Positions 1 through 11,858 of a stretch of DNA of 64,000 nucleotides are shown piece after piece. Positions within the stretch are counted from its first letter, which is position 1, and each line of letters begins with the position of its first letter. The stretch is from positions 1-64,000 of the forward strand of contig JAAILG010001116.1 of the NCBI GenBank assembly GCA_012026655.1. The letters run 5' to 3'. Under the pieces are notes generated by a model. It did no database searches, was not told where the DNA came from, and was given only the letters and a program-made list of their open reading frames with translations. This DNA is from Hydrolagus affinis. Taxonomy: Eukaryota. The translations under genes and the position numbers were made by a program.

Positions 1-289
1 ATATTTTTTCAAATACAAAACTAATCATCTTTGCATTGGACGCGGCACCTTACCGCATCGTTGAGACGTCTCAAAGTGCTTCGCAGAATAAACCGTGAAA
101 GTGAATCCAGTTGACTGTGTGTTTTGTGAGCGAAACAAATGAGCAAAATAACTACCGATGTACAATGTGTGACAATTATGATTTTAAGATTAATTTCCTC
201 GTATAGGAAATTTCCTCCTCCCTCCCTTAGCTCCTTCTTCAAACACACACACACAAACAACTCGCATTTACATAACGTAGTTGAAAAGA

Positions 290-455
290 AAGGTCTTCGG
301 GTGCGACCATTGAAGATGGGAAAGGAGGAGGTGAAGGGGTTGAGGGAGGGAGTTTCAACGTTTCGGGGTGTAGTGGCTGAAAGCACGGCTGCCGATGGTG
401 GAGCAGAGGATTCGAGAGACGAGGAAGAGGCAGGAACCAGAGGACACTTAAAACA
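290..455 (-). mobile_element. L2 3' fragment
   Basis: Reverse complement matches the 47850-48010 part of the L2 copy. Confidence 0.75.
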
Positions 456-821
456 AGTAATAACCCAGGCACTTTCGACTCCATGGAGAGAATATCTACG
501 CTGGTCAGGGTAGTAAACCCACATCATGAATGGGAACCACTCTAAATAATTTGTCTTTAGTCTCAAGTCTCCCCTTTTTTGGGGGTCCCCGAATTGCGCT
601 TTAATGAAGAGTTTCCATTGGATTCGGTTTTTGTTCATCCAAACCTTGAATCACACGGCGAATATTAGATGAATGCGTCGCAGGTCAGTGTTTATCTGTA
701 AATCCTCTATCATTTCAACGCACATTCTGAGGTCTCCAACCCTTGACTCTTGCCAACCTGCACCTCATCGTTAGGAATTAGGTAATTAGGTCTCCCTCCA
801 GGGAGAGAGAGTGCAATGATC

Positions 822-1157
822 TAATAATAATCGTTGCATTTGATCTAGCGCTTTTCACATCTTATCGACGTCCCAAAGCGCTTCACAGAATATACTGTAA
901 AGTGAATTGACTGTATATTTGTGGGCGAATCGCGGCAGCCAATTGCGCACAGCAGTGTCCCCCACAAACAGTCGTGGATTGAAATGACCAATTTTATTAT
1001 TGTGGATTTTTTTGGGAAGGATTGTTATCAGGCGTGTGGAGTAAGGAAACCTGCCCAAGGTTTCGCCCTGACCTGCCTGGATTCGAACATAGGTCTCCCC
1101 AGCTTGGTCTCCCCAGCTTGCAAGACAAGTGCTCTAATCACTGAGCCACAGGAGCTC
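822..1157 (-). mobile_element. tRNA-derived SINE, short form, full length
   Basis: Same head and tail as 35203-35541 but lacks the internal ~60-70 bp segment; 14-bp tandem duplication at 1092-1119. Confidence 0.88.
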
Positions 1158-1364
1158 TATCTGTACTTGGGGCGTGTGGAAATCTCAGTTTGGTCTGCGT
1201 GTTCTTAAGCACGGCGAATGGGTTTCCTTGACTCCAAACAAAAAATCGCTTGAAGGTGAAAAAAATTCAAAGATAATTGTCCTTTATACTTCTTTGAAAG
1301 GGAAGGAGTGACGTTCCCGTCGTTGAGACGCCTCAAAGCACCGCACAAAATATATTGTGAAGTG

Positions 1365-1560
1365 GAAATTGCTGGGAGCGCTCAGCAGGTCAGGCAGCAT
1401 CTATAGAGAAAAGAAAGTGAGTCAACATTTCGAGTACACAACCCTTTGTCAGAACGTTGACTCACTTTCCTTTTCTCCACAGATGTTGCCTGACCCGCCG
1501 AGTGTTCCCGGTGATTTCTGTGTTTGTTTCAGACTTCCAGCATCCACAGTATGTTGCATT
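1365..1560. repeat. Palindromic (foldback) interspersed repeat
   Basis: Arms 1365-1430 and 1453-1518 are reverse complements (ctcagcaggtcaggcagcatct / agatgttgcctgacccgccgag). Resembles a recalled chondrichthyan hairpin repeat, possibly Penelope-derived. Confidence 0.8.
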
Positions 1561-3674
1561 TTCAAAAAATATATTGCGAACTTGTGTATTTCAGGGGCGA
1601 TATATATCAATGCGCCACGTATGCAGCCTGGCATTAATTTGAATTTAAAACTCACTCCGCTCGAAACGCACATCTTAAAAGCCATGAGATGGATCAAATG
1701 GGCATTGGCAAAGATTTCTAAGGGGTAGCATATTTGATGTCATAAAATGAACCCTGTAGAACGAATGCTCATTAGCAAAGCTTTGCTTCATTGGCACAAG
1801 AGCAAAACTCTCTCAGGCCTCAGGATATGGGAATAAGAATTGCTTCCAGCAGTGAAAATTGGGCATTGCATTGATTGCATCAACCCCACCTAATAATTTG
1901 ACTCAGTTGGTGTTTTTAGCATCTATTCACCACCAAGTTAAACACAGATCAGAGGGGGAGAGAAAGAGCGAGAGAGAGGAAAAAAGAGTTGCTGTTCACA
2001 CCGTTTAAACGACGTTAACACCAAGTCTGCACTTTCCCAAATGGCAGTAAATTGGCATATATATACACACATATATATATATATATACTAGCAATGGGCT
2101 ATAAATATATATATAGGAACCCATTGCTAGTTGACTGGTGGATCGCTTTTCAAAGGCAATAATCCCTTCAAACAAAAATATATTCACTCAATCCACGACT
2201 ATTTGTGAGACACTGAGGTGCACAATTGCATTTCGCCCACAAAATACACAATTTGCAATACATTCTGCGAAGCGCTTAGAGACATCTCAACAACGTGATA
2301 GGGTGCTGTATCAAACGCAAGGATTATTATTGCTGTTAATAAGAAATTGGAATAGAAACACTGATGGAGTCAACAACAATTTGTATTTGCATTTAGATAG
2401 TGCCCTCCATGCCCGGCGGTGTCTCGGAGTGCTTAACAACGGTGGATCCCGAGTCCGAGGCAGGGGGGATGGGGAAGGTGACCATAAGAGTAGTCAAGAC
2501 ACAAATCGTCAAAACTCTAATTCTACAAAGATGAGTGGAATCCCAGGATTAAATGATTGTCCCCCAAAGAAGCTCCCAAATATTTGCAATGAATGATTGT
2601 GCTTTATGTATGGTAAAAGTTGCCTTTTGGCTCTACTTGCCTTTGTGTGCCTGAGAGTTAGTGGACAAGAGGTTTGTGGCAATGCTCTTAACGCAGAGAG
2701 TTCCTGTTACCAGAGAGAATGAGCAACTAGCTATTCGGTGGATGGAGGTAATCACGCTGATGTGCTTAACAATGAAGTACTGGAATTGAGTCAACCGTTT
2801 GCGGTGGTCCTGGTTGACTTGCTGCTGAGCCAAGCCAAGACCAGACAGCCTGACTTGTTGGCAGGGCTTGGAGGAGCAGAAGTGTCACTTGGAGGCAGGG
2901 ATTCTTCCCACTCAGCTCCTGCTTGCTCTGCAAAGCCAAATCCCTAATGGACAGCGTTGAGTGTTTCAAGAGAGACACGCTGAGAGAGCCATCTCACTGG
3001 CAGTGCGTTTAGCTGAATAAACTTGAAAATAAAAATCTGATCATTCAATCCACGACTGTTTGTGGGACATGGACGCGCGCAATTGGCTGCTGCGTTTCAC
3101 CCATAAATTACACGGTTAATTCACTTTGCAATATGTTCTCTGAAGGTGTCTCAACGACGTGATAAGTTGCAATAATAAGCCTTGCATTTGATACAACGCT
3201 TTTTGCATCTTCTAGAATAGATGTAAGGAAAGTTGCCCAAGGTTTCACTCTGCCTGGAATTGAACCCAGGTCTCTAGCTTGCAAGGCGAGTGCTCCAACC
3301 ACTGAGCTGGAGAACTCCACTATATCAAATGCAAGGATTATTACTATTAGTATTATTATTATTATTATTAAGCCTTGGGTCTTGTCAATCTGTGCCCAAA
3401 ACTCCCCAGAATAAGTTGAACAGGGTACATCCCTCCAGGAGGAAAGTGTGTACTCCATTCTAGAAGTAAGGGAATGTGGCTTCAATGAGGAAAGTGCATC
3501 AAGTGTGGTGGAAATGGCTTGAGGTGAGGTGAGGGCAATGTATCTATGAGTGCCAAAAGGCCACAGAGATGTCTGGTGTGTAATTGGTGCTATAGTGTTG
3601 AGATTTCTTTGGCAGATTAGCAGGAAATGAACTAATCACCTGTTTTACTGTTTACAGGAACCGTTCACAGTAAT

Positions 3675-4075
3675 ACTCCACAACATTGCCAGACTCCGCC
3701 ACTTCCTCACCCCTCAGGCCGCTCAAAATCTCACTCGTGCCTTCATCACATCCAGGCTCAATTATGCCAACACCCTGCTTGTTGGCCTTCCCAACTCCTC
3801 CCTCCATAGGCTGCAGATCATCCAGAACTCTGCGTCCTGTGTCCTCTCCCACACCGTGACCCCCATCTCCCCCATTCTCGCCCAACTCCATTGGCTCCCC
3901 ATCACCCAGAGGATTCAATTCAAGATCTGGGTCCTAACCTTTAAAGCCCTCCATGGCCTTGTCCCACCCTATCTCTGTGATCTCTGAACACCCCCCACCC
4001 CCTGCCCCCCCTACCACCCTGTTCAGGTCCAAATCCCTGACTGTCCAGCGCCTTGGGACATCCTCACAACATGAT
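3675..4075 (+). mobile_element. L2 3' fragment, second subfamily
   Basis: LHNIARLRHFL…LHWLPITQRIQFKI-like coding remnant; tail caggtccaaatccctgactgtccagcgccttgggacatcctc. Confidence 0.8.
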
Positions 4076-4699
4076 TTTGTATGGTATAGATAGAGATAGA
4101 GAGGGAGAGAAGGAGGGCTGGAGAGAGAGAGGGAGAGAGAGAGCAAGCTGACCATTTTTCACATTCTGCCGTAACACAATAGCCAGCAAAAATAAGTCCG
4201 AACATTAAAAACTACACTGTACGTCTAAATATTTAATAGAAAGACACTCTCCAAAACTTGCTCCAAACCAGTAACGCACTTCAGGGCTGAAGTAACATTG
4301 ATAAATGACTCTGGCTTTTGCTTTTGTGATTCATTAAATCAGCCGAGCTCTTTGTCGCTCCATTGCCTGGAAACTGAGTCCACTGTGTGTGTCATCCTAT
4401 ATCAATTATTGATTGATACAAGCAGTTCAAACCCAAATTTCTTGTGTAGCAGCTCTTTGCTTACATCACTGAAACATGAAAAGGAGTTGAAAACGGGTTC
4501 CACCTGGCTCCGCAGTACTGTACTTCTCTCCCCTGGCTCGACACATCGACTGAACTCACTCGGTTGATGTCTAAATTGCGTCCAAAATTTTACACGATCC
4601 ATGGCACAACAGGCAGCTGACTGCCTGTAACCTGGGAGCTCCGCGGAGAGAGGGCAGCACTGCGCGTTTATTGGCTCGCCACAGCTTTGAGACGTCGAC

Positions 4700-4965
4700 A
4701 GACTCTCTTTGCCTTCAGGCTTCAGCCTCTCTTTGCCCCCACCCTTTGGGATTCCATTCCAAAGTCCCTTCACCTCACCCTCCCGCCCTTGCCTCCTTCA
4801 AGGCCCATCTCAAGCATCCTCTTCAACCCTGCCTTTCACCCTTCAATCTACCACCTGCCCTCCACCCCATCTGATCCCAACCCCAAACTCTGGTCCAAAT
4901 CTCTGACTGTCCAGCCCCTTGGGACACCCTCCCAACTTGAAATAAGATATACAAATATAATTTTT
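4700..4965 (+). mobile_element. L2 3' fragment, second subfamily
   Basis: APTLWDSIP…SFKAHLK remnant followed by the ggtccaaatctctgactgtccagc tail. Confidence 0.78.
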
Positions 4966-4984
4966 TTGCTGTTATTATCCTTCT

Positions 4985-6320
4985 AAGATACAGTTTTGAT
5001 ATATTGAATGCCATTTTGTTGGCTTGCGTACAATGTCCGATGGGTTTAAATATCTCCCAATACGTTAGCCAATGCTCCAAGATTCTACAGGTGGCTGTAA
5101 AAGCAAGTGATTCTGGAGCCAACGGGTTCATTTCGAATGCATACCTTTGACATCTGGCTTCGCAGCATGTGTAAGTTGCTGATATTGGGAGTTGGGTCGT
5201 CCAGGTGCAAATGTCAATCAGGAACAGATTCCACAATGAAACTGGACACGAGTGAGAGACGGTCAGATTGTTTGGCTGCGAAATGCATTTCAAGCAGGTT
5301 TTCGCAGCGTTTATTTTGTCCACTTTAACCTGAATTGATGGTGTCTCGTTTCCATCTCTCCTGCATTCAGTTAGCTGAGATTTAAGTCATCCAAACACTG
5401 CCTCCAACATTGATATTTATTTATATACATGAGCTATGTGGATTACGCAAACAATCTGACTTATTTTAGATAGCTGAATGTCAATCTTTGAATTGGCGCC
5501 CGCAAAACCGACGCAAAAGTCTACATTTTTGGTACGACGGTAACTTTTTAGGCCGGGGCTGGAATTTCGGAGATGGAAGGAATTTCGGAAATGGTGGAAA
5601 TCATTCACCATCATTCGACCCTTGCTAAGCTGCAGGGCCAAGATAAAGTGTGGGCTACTGTTGCTCCGAAGTGAGCAGATGCTCAAATGTGTACAGCAAT
5701 CTATCGCTTTGCCCAAATGTGTAAACAGTCTAAAACTGTTTACACATGGAAAAACAGAGGTATGTGGAGTAAGGAAACTTGCCTAAGATTTCGCCCTGCC
5801 CAGGAATTGAACCCGGGTCTTCAGGTTTGCGAAGGCGAGCGCGCTAACCACTACGCTAGAGGATTCTGTAAACAGACCCAGCTGGACACTAAATATCACA
5901 TACGTTCTTTTGAGGAAGAATACCTTTGCTATACCGTACTGAGATGGCTGAGTTTGTTTGTGGTGAATCTGCTATGAATCTGTCAAGTCAGGCAATAAGC
6001 TGCCTATCTCCTTTCTAATCATAAATACATAATACTCCTGTTTACACCCATGGCGTGACATCGATATTGCTGATCTTGGCCTGGACGACCCAACTCCAGG
6101 ATCAGCTACATACAAAACTAGCGAAACCAGATGTCAAAGGTATGCATTAGAAATGAACACATCGCTCAAGAATGCTAACAACAACTTGCTTTCACACACA
6201 GGAGAGCATCTGGGAGCACTGGCGAACAGATTGGGAGATGTTTCAATGGCAAGCTGAACCCATCTGACACCGTAGGTCACACAAGAAATGCCCTCCAATA
6301 GATCGACACAGCCGGCACCT
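4985..6320. repeat. Inverted repeat pair, arms about 4985-5205 and 6080-6320
   Basis: Exact reverse-complement cores 5188-5205/6080-6097 (18 bp) and 5136-5157/6127-6148 (22 bp), with looser colinear similarity outward. Confidence 0.85.
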
Positions 6321-6899
6321 TGGAGAATTCATTCGGCAAGAAGTCTCAAAGGGCTTCATAGGATTTATTGTGAAGCGCAGTGACTTGTGTATTTTTCCTC
6401 CACCGAGACCCATAGAAAATTTCCAGCACAGAAGAAGGTGTATACGGCAAGGAGGGTATTGGAAAAATATAGCACGATCGCGAATAATCGCTTTGCGTGG
6501 CCTCAACACAAATACTTCATTAAACATGTTCATTACGCGCGTTCAAAGCACTCTGAGATGTTATCCTACGTGAAGAACGCTATATAAAGTTATTGCTGTT
6601 CTAAAATGATAATAAACCTCACATTTGAACTCACTTTCATACATCTCAAAGAGCTTCAGAGTCTCTCTCATGTATACTGATTATATTTGCAGGCAAACAC
6701 AGCTGCTAATTTGCACTCAGCAATATCCCACAAGCAGCCATGAAGTGAAAATGACCATTGTTTCTTCTTCCTCTGGGTGATTGTTGGCTAGGATGTTGGG
6801 GAGAAACTCATTTATCTTTTCGAATAGTCTCATGGCATCTTTAACTTTCACCAGAACAAGTCGATGGGACCTTTGGTTTAAATGCACTTGGTGACAACA

Positions 6900-7261
6900 C
6901 TAATTGTTGTATTTGATGTAGCACCCAGTCACATCATTTAGACGTCTCAAAGCGCTTCACAGAATATATTGTAAAGTGAATTGAATGTGTACTTTGTGCT
7001 CAAAATGAGGCAGCCAATTGTGCATGGTAATGTCACAAAAAACACAGTTGAGTGACCAAATTATTATTATCACTCGTTTTTTTTTAAAAAAGGGATTATT
7101 TACTCGTTGGACAAGTGCTCCACCAATTGACTAAACAACCCTACTTACTGCTAGGTAAACTGAGGTGTGTGGAATAAGGTTTCGCCCTGTCCGGGAATCG
7201 AACCCAGATCCTCTCGCCTTAAGAGACGAGTGCTCTACCTAATGCACAACGCAGACTCCAC
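6900..7261 (-). mobile_element. tRNA-derived SINE, long form
   Basis: Head at about 7165-7261, tail at about 6900-6990. Confidence 0.85.
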
Positions 7262-7874
7262 ATGGCACTGATTCGTTCAGTGTTATAAGTAAAAATAACA
7301 CTGAACACTTAAAAAAAAACAATGCCACACATCAACAAAGACAGCAATAAGGAGGACACCCAACTAGACCAATTGTCTTTTTCAAAAATATCACTCAAGA
7401 CTTTCAATAGATAGATGTATGGAGATTAATTGATTGAACCCACTTTGATGCAAAAGAGTCTCAATAGATAAAGGTAGATTGACAGACAGATGGGAGATTT
7501 TATGGAGATAAGGCATAATTTAGGGTAAGCAGTCAAAGATACAAGGGCAGATGAATAGATAGAAAATGACTTTGGGTGATTTAAATCTCTATGTATGTAC
7601 GAGTTAAAGAGCAGAAACACTGACACTGTGTAAGGAATGTGATTGTCTGATTATTTGCTTTCAAATGTAATTTTGCAGGTGTTGTTGAGAATGTAGCAGG
7701 TCAATAAACCAGAACCAAAAATCAAGGCTACGAAAGATAGGGGATGGTTGAGTGGCAGCACTGTCTGGCTCCTGTGTCACTGATTTAAAAAGAAAAGGAA
7801 ATTGAATTCAAATTGACCAAAAATAAATGCGTAGAAGTTTTGCGGTGAGATGTACTGTATTGCAAACAATCCAT

Positions 7875-8250
7875 GAATATGCTTTAAAGTGAATTGACTG
7901 TATATTTGTGGGTGAAACGTGGCAGCCAATTGCGCACAGCAATGCCCCACAAAACAGTCATGAATTGAAGTGACAAAAAAAAAATTCTTGAGGGAATATT
8001 ATCAGATATGTGAAGTAAGGAAACTTGCCCAAGGATTTCGCCCTGACGGGAATCAAACCCAGGTCTCTCGCTTGTGAGACAATTGCTCTAACCAGTGAGC
8101 TGCAGGACGCCACATGTAGCCCCATATCACGTCATTGAGACATCTCAAAGCGTTTAGAAGAACACACTGTGAAGTGAATGTATATTTTGTGGGCGAAATG
8201 CCGCAGCCAATTGCGCACAGCGGTGTCCCGCAAACAGTCGTGGATTGAAG
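7875..8250 (-). mobile_element. Two tandem SINE copies
   Basis: Short-form copy about 7875-8112 followed by a 3' half about 8120-8250. Confidence 0.82.
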
Positions 8251-8499
8251 AACTATCTACAATCCAGATCCACCTGATTAAATTTTTTTAAAAAAAAACA
8301 CACAGAAAAGACCTGTCAAGTCAAGACTAGCCAGAATTCCAGGCCACTGACATAATAATAATGATACAAAGTTGTATTTGCAGGAAAAACAGGCAATCTT
8401 TCTCTTTCTCTTTCAAGTCTCTCCATGCTGTTCTGCAACTGGCCACTAGGAGGGGTGCAGGAACCTCCTCGGTTGACTCACATGAGAGAATTAGATGAA

Positions 8500-8900
8500 G
8501 AGATGGGTCCCTTCAGTGAATTTAATTCCATCCCATCAAAATATCCATCCTCCCATCACAGTATCAAGCTGTTTTTTTTTAAATATGGAGTCAATGTCCT
8601 AGTTTCAGCCATCTTTCCTGATGAGCGGTTCCAGTTTTTAATTACCATCTGGGTAAATAAATATTTATTGGTGTCTGCGCTGAAATTGCCCATTTTCAGT
8701 TCAACTCTAAACCTGTAGCCTATCGTTTTGCTGCCTCGGTGCGTCCAAAAGTATTATTTATCCCGAGTTTACTTTCTTAATCACATTTAAAATCTTGTAA
8801 AACCTCCATAGAAGTACCCTGAAGAGCCCCCAGCCTGTCTAATCATCGCACATACCCCCATTGCTCTAACACTCGGGAATCATTCACTTTACTCTCCTAT
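8500..8900 (-). mobile_element. Old CR1 3' fragment
   Basis: Reverse complement is homologous to 29840-30010 (aggtttagagttg…gcaatttcag…agacacca…cttgatactgtga). Confidence 0.65.
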
Positions 8901-9559
8901 GCAATACCACTAGGGCCTGAGTAACCACCTCATATATTTATTGATTCATTCTAATCTTTCTTTCATATCCAATATCTTCTTGGCGAGAGCCGAACACGGA
9001 TGAAGAATTCATTGTGTTATCAGGAGGGGGAATAAAAGTGTGTGCATCATTTGGTGAATGTTGTGCTTAACATCAAATTCACACCTGCCTGGATTTGAAG
9101 AGTAATAATGCCCTCCAATTTTTTTTAAAAAAATAATAATTTGGTCACTTCAATTCACGACTGGTTGTGGGACACTGCTGTGTGCGATTGGCTGCCGCGT
9201 TTCACCCACAAATAAACAGTCAATTCACATCACAGTATATTCTGTGAAGTGCTTTCAGATGTCTCAACAATGTGATAAGGCGCTGTCAAACGCAAGGATT
9301 ATTATTTTAGCAATACTTTCTAACAAAAGTTTGGTTGTTCCATTTCCCCCCCCCCCAAAGCGCCAATCATGTAACCAGAATGCTAAATCCTAAAGACCCT
9401 AAATTATAGCCAGGTGAGTGTTAATAATCACACCCATTGAGGCTTTCGAAACATCACTCAGTCGAGGAAGGCATGTAAAGCTGTTAGAAGTTTCATCCTG
9501 CAATGTGTTCAAATCCAGATATACCATCAGGCTGCCATACTGTAGGGAGCATCTGCCTG

Positions 9560-9850
9560 GAATATGAATTCAAGCACTAAAGTGATACTTGAGTCTAGGC
9601 TTCACTGCAGTAGTGGGAGGGCATTGCTTTGTTGGAGATGCCATCCTTCTCATGACACGTTAAACCAAGGTCCTATCCTCTGTCCTGCAGGTGTATGTTA
9701 AAATTCCCACGGCACTATTCTAAAAGAGGGGAGGGGGTTTCACCCAGTTTCCTGGCCAACAAATCCCCCCCGGATAAAAATTGCTTGCTCTCTTTGTGGC
9801 TGTTTGTGGGGCAACTGTGCGCAAGTTGAGTGCGGCATTCACCTGAAAAC
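9560..9850 (+). mobile_element. Ancient Deu-domain SINE (AmnSINE1/SacSINE1-like)
   Basis: ggagatgccatccttctcatgacacgttaaaccaaggtcct…caggtgtatgttaaaattcccacggcactattc…cctggccaaca matches the recalled Deu core (gagacgttaaaccgagg…aaagatcccatggcactatt…tcctggccaa). Confidence 0.75.
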
Positions 9851-11344
9851 TGGAATAGGCCGGGCACTGCTTTTCGCAACAAAATCCTGCGAAGTGCTTT
9901 GAGGTGTTTCGATGGTGTGATAAGGCGCCATATCAAACGCAACTGTTATATTCATTATTTACGGCTGTTTGCGAAAACGTGCTGCGTACAAAAAGATTTA
10001 TGCAACAACAAGAGAATCACAGCACTTGATAAGTTACTATTATAAGGCGTTTTGTTTGACTGGGCAATGTGCTCTAAAAACACAAGCCGTTCATTATTCC
10101 TCATGTTTCAAATTTTCTTTATCGTCGGATGAAGTTACCCAAGTAATACAGTAAAAATTGCTGACTTAGCTGCCCATTTATGGGCTGTTTGAAGAATGGT
10201 TCGGGGGCAATCTGCAGCTGAGGTATTATTTTAATAAAGCAAAGATGAGCAGCTCTACGAAGTGTGAAAATAAAAACATGGCAACATTTCCCTTAATGGA
10301 GCCGCGACGCAAGAAAAATGAAGCCGAATAAATACCATGTAAGCCATTGTGTTGCATACATTTCTCGTTTTTATAGCTGCTCGTTAGCATTGGGCAAAAA
10401 GGCAGTGACTGACCCACAGCAGGCTCAGGACACAGAGAGAGTGTGGATGGCTGCACCCGAATGCATAAAACTGACCTGAATTCAGAAAATAGGAGTGATA
10501 ATAAATGTACCGCGCGCGTTTATAGGAAAGCCGATGGGTGACATTTTCTCTCTAAGTATCAGGAGAGCAAAGACAATGAAACTGAAAAGAACGGTGGTGG
10601 GGCAGAGCAATCAAACACACTCAGACGCACATTATCTCTTTCGAAATCACCCATTCCAGTTACTGGCGGTGCGCACCCAATTGCATTATAATCAGAAACA
10701 ATAGAAACATAGGCGCACGGAACACCCCAGCATGACTCGGAGGTAGAAAATTGTCTTTGGAGCAATTCTGCCTAAATCGACTGAAAAGGTATAAAATCAA
10801 AGATAATGCGCTGGCCGGTTGACTGAGCCCAGACTTCAGGCTCTGATTAGACAATATCTGCTTAGCCTTGCCCAGGGCAAGCATTTTCACATTACAATGT
10901 TCCATTATTGCTTTTCTGAGGTGCTTTTATAGGTACAGTGTATATTAAAATCCATTAAAAAAAGGTACATTGTCACATCCTGCATTCCCATAATCATCCC
11001 GGCTCGATTCGTAATGTGCATAAACAACTATAAGCTGTGGATTTTGATAGGTTCAGATCTCAGTGGTCTCTACGCGTTTCAATAAGGCTATGGGGTATGG
11101 GGGAGAGGAGGTGATGGGGGGGAGGTGGGTGGAAACAATAGGCTAGGTTTTGATCCCACCAATTTGAAAAGCCTTTGACTAGGCACAAGACATTCAAAGG
11201 TTGTCCATGTGTCGGAGTGAATCCAACCTAACCCAACGGAATTCGATGGTTCTCTGCTCGTTTCAAAGCAACGAGCATTTCAAGATTCAAAGCAAAATGA
11301 GTGTGGGTGGTGTCCAACTTGTACTTCCTCTGGTGGGGGAATCC

Positions 11345-11488
11345 AGAACAAGAAGGAAATAATCTTGAAATGAGAGCTAGGCCATTTAGGTGTGAAACCT
11401 GGAAGCATTTTTTTTTCACAAAGCGGGTAGAACTCTCTCCTTCCCCTGAAATGCCGTGGATGCTGGATCCATTCAAATTTTCAAGCAG
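11345..11488 (+). mobile_element. CR1 ORF2 C-terminal fragment
   Basis: NLEMRARPFRCETWKHFFFTKRV; same family as 16400-16560. Confidence 0.7.
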
Positions 11489-11489
11489 G

Positions 11490-11858
11490 AGGAAATGTTG
11501 GGCAAATTTCCTTACTCCCCATGCCTCTGTTTAGCTAGCAGTGCTAGGAACCCAATTGTTAGTCGATTGATTGGCGGATCACTTTTCTGGGGAAAATAAT
11601 CCTTGAAAAAGAATAATAATTTGGTCACTTAACCCACGACTGTTTATGGGTCACTGCCGTGTGCAATTGGCTGCTGTGTTTCAATCCCACAAAATATAAA
11701 GTCAATTCGCTTTACCCACCTTGAGACGTCCACCCGACTTGAATGGCACAAATGTCGTAATTTGGTTGTTGTTGCAGTATATTCTGCGAAGCGTTTTGAC
11801 GTCTAATAATATATGAAAAGAGCTACGTCACATGCAAGGATTGTTATTATTATTATTA
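11490..11858 (+). mobile_element. tRNA-derived SINE, long form, head truncated
   Basis: ttgggcaaatttccttactcc…gcaaggattgttattattatt. Confidence 0.82.

Noticed and set aside
21-638. 205-aa ORF
   Set aside because: It runs through SINE, microsatellite and L2 sequence and has no coherent protein similarity.
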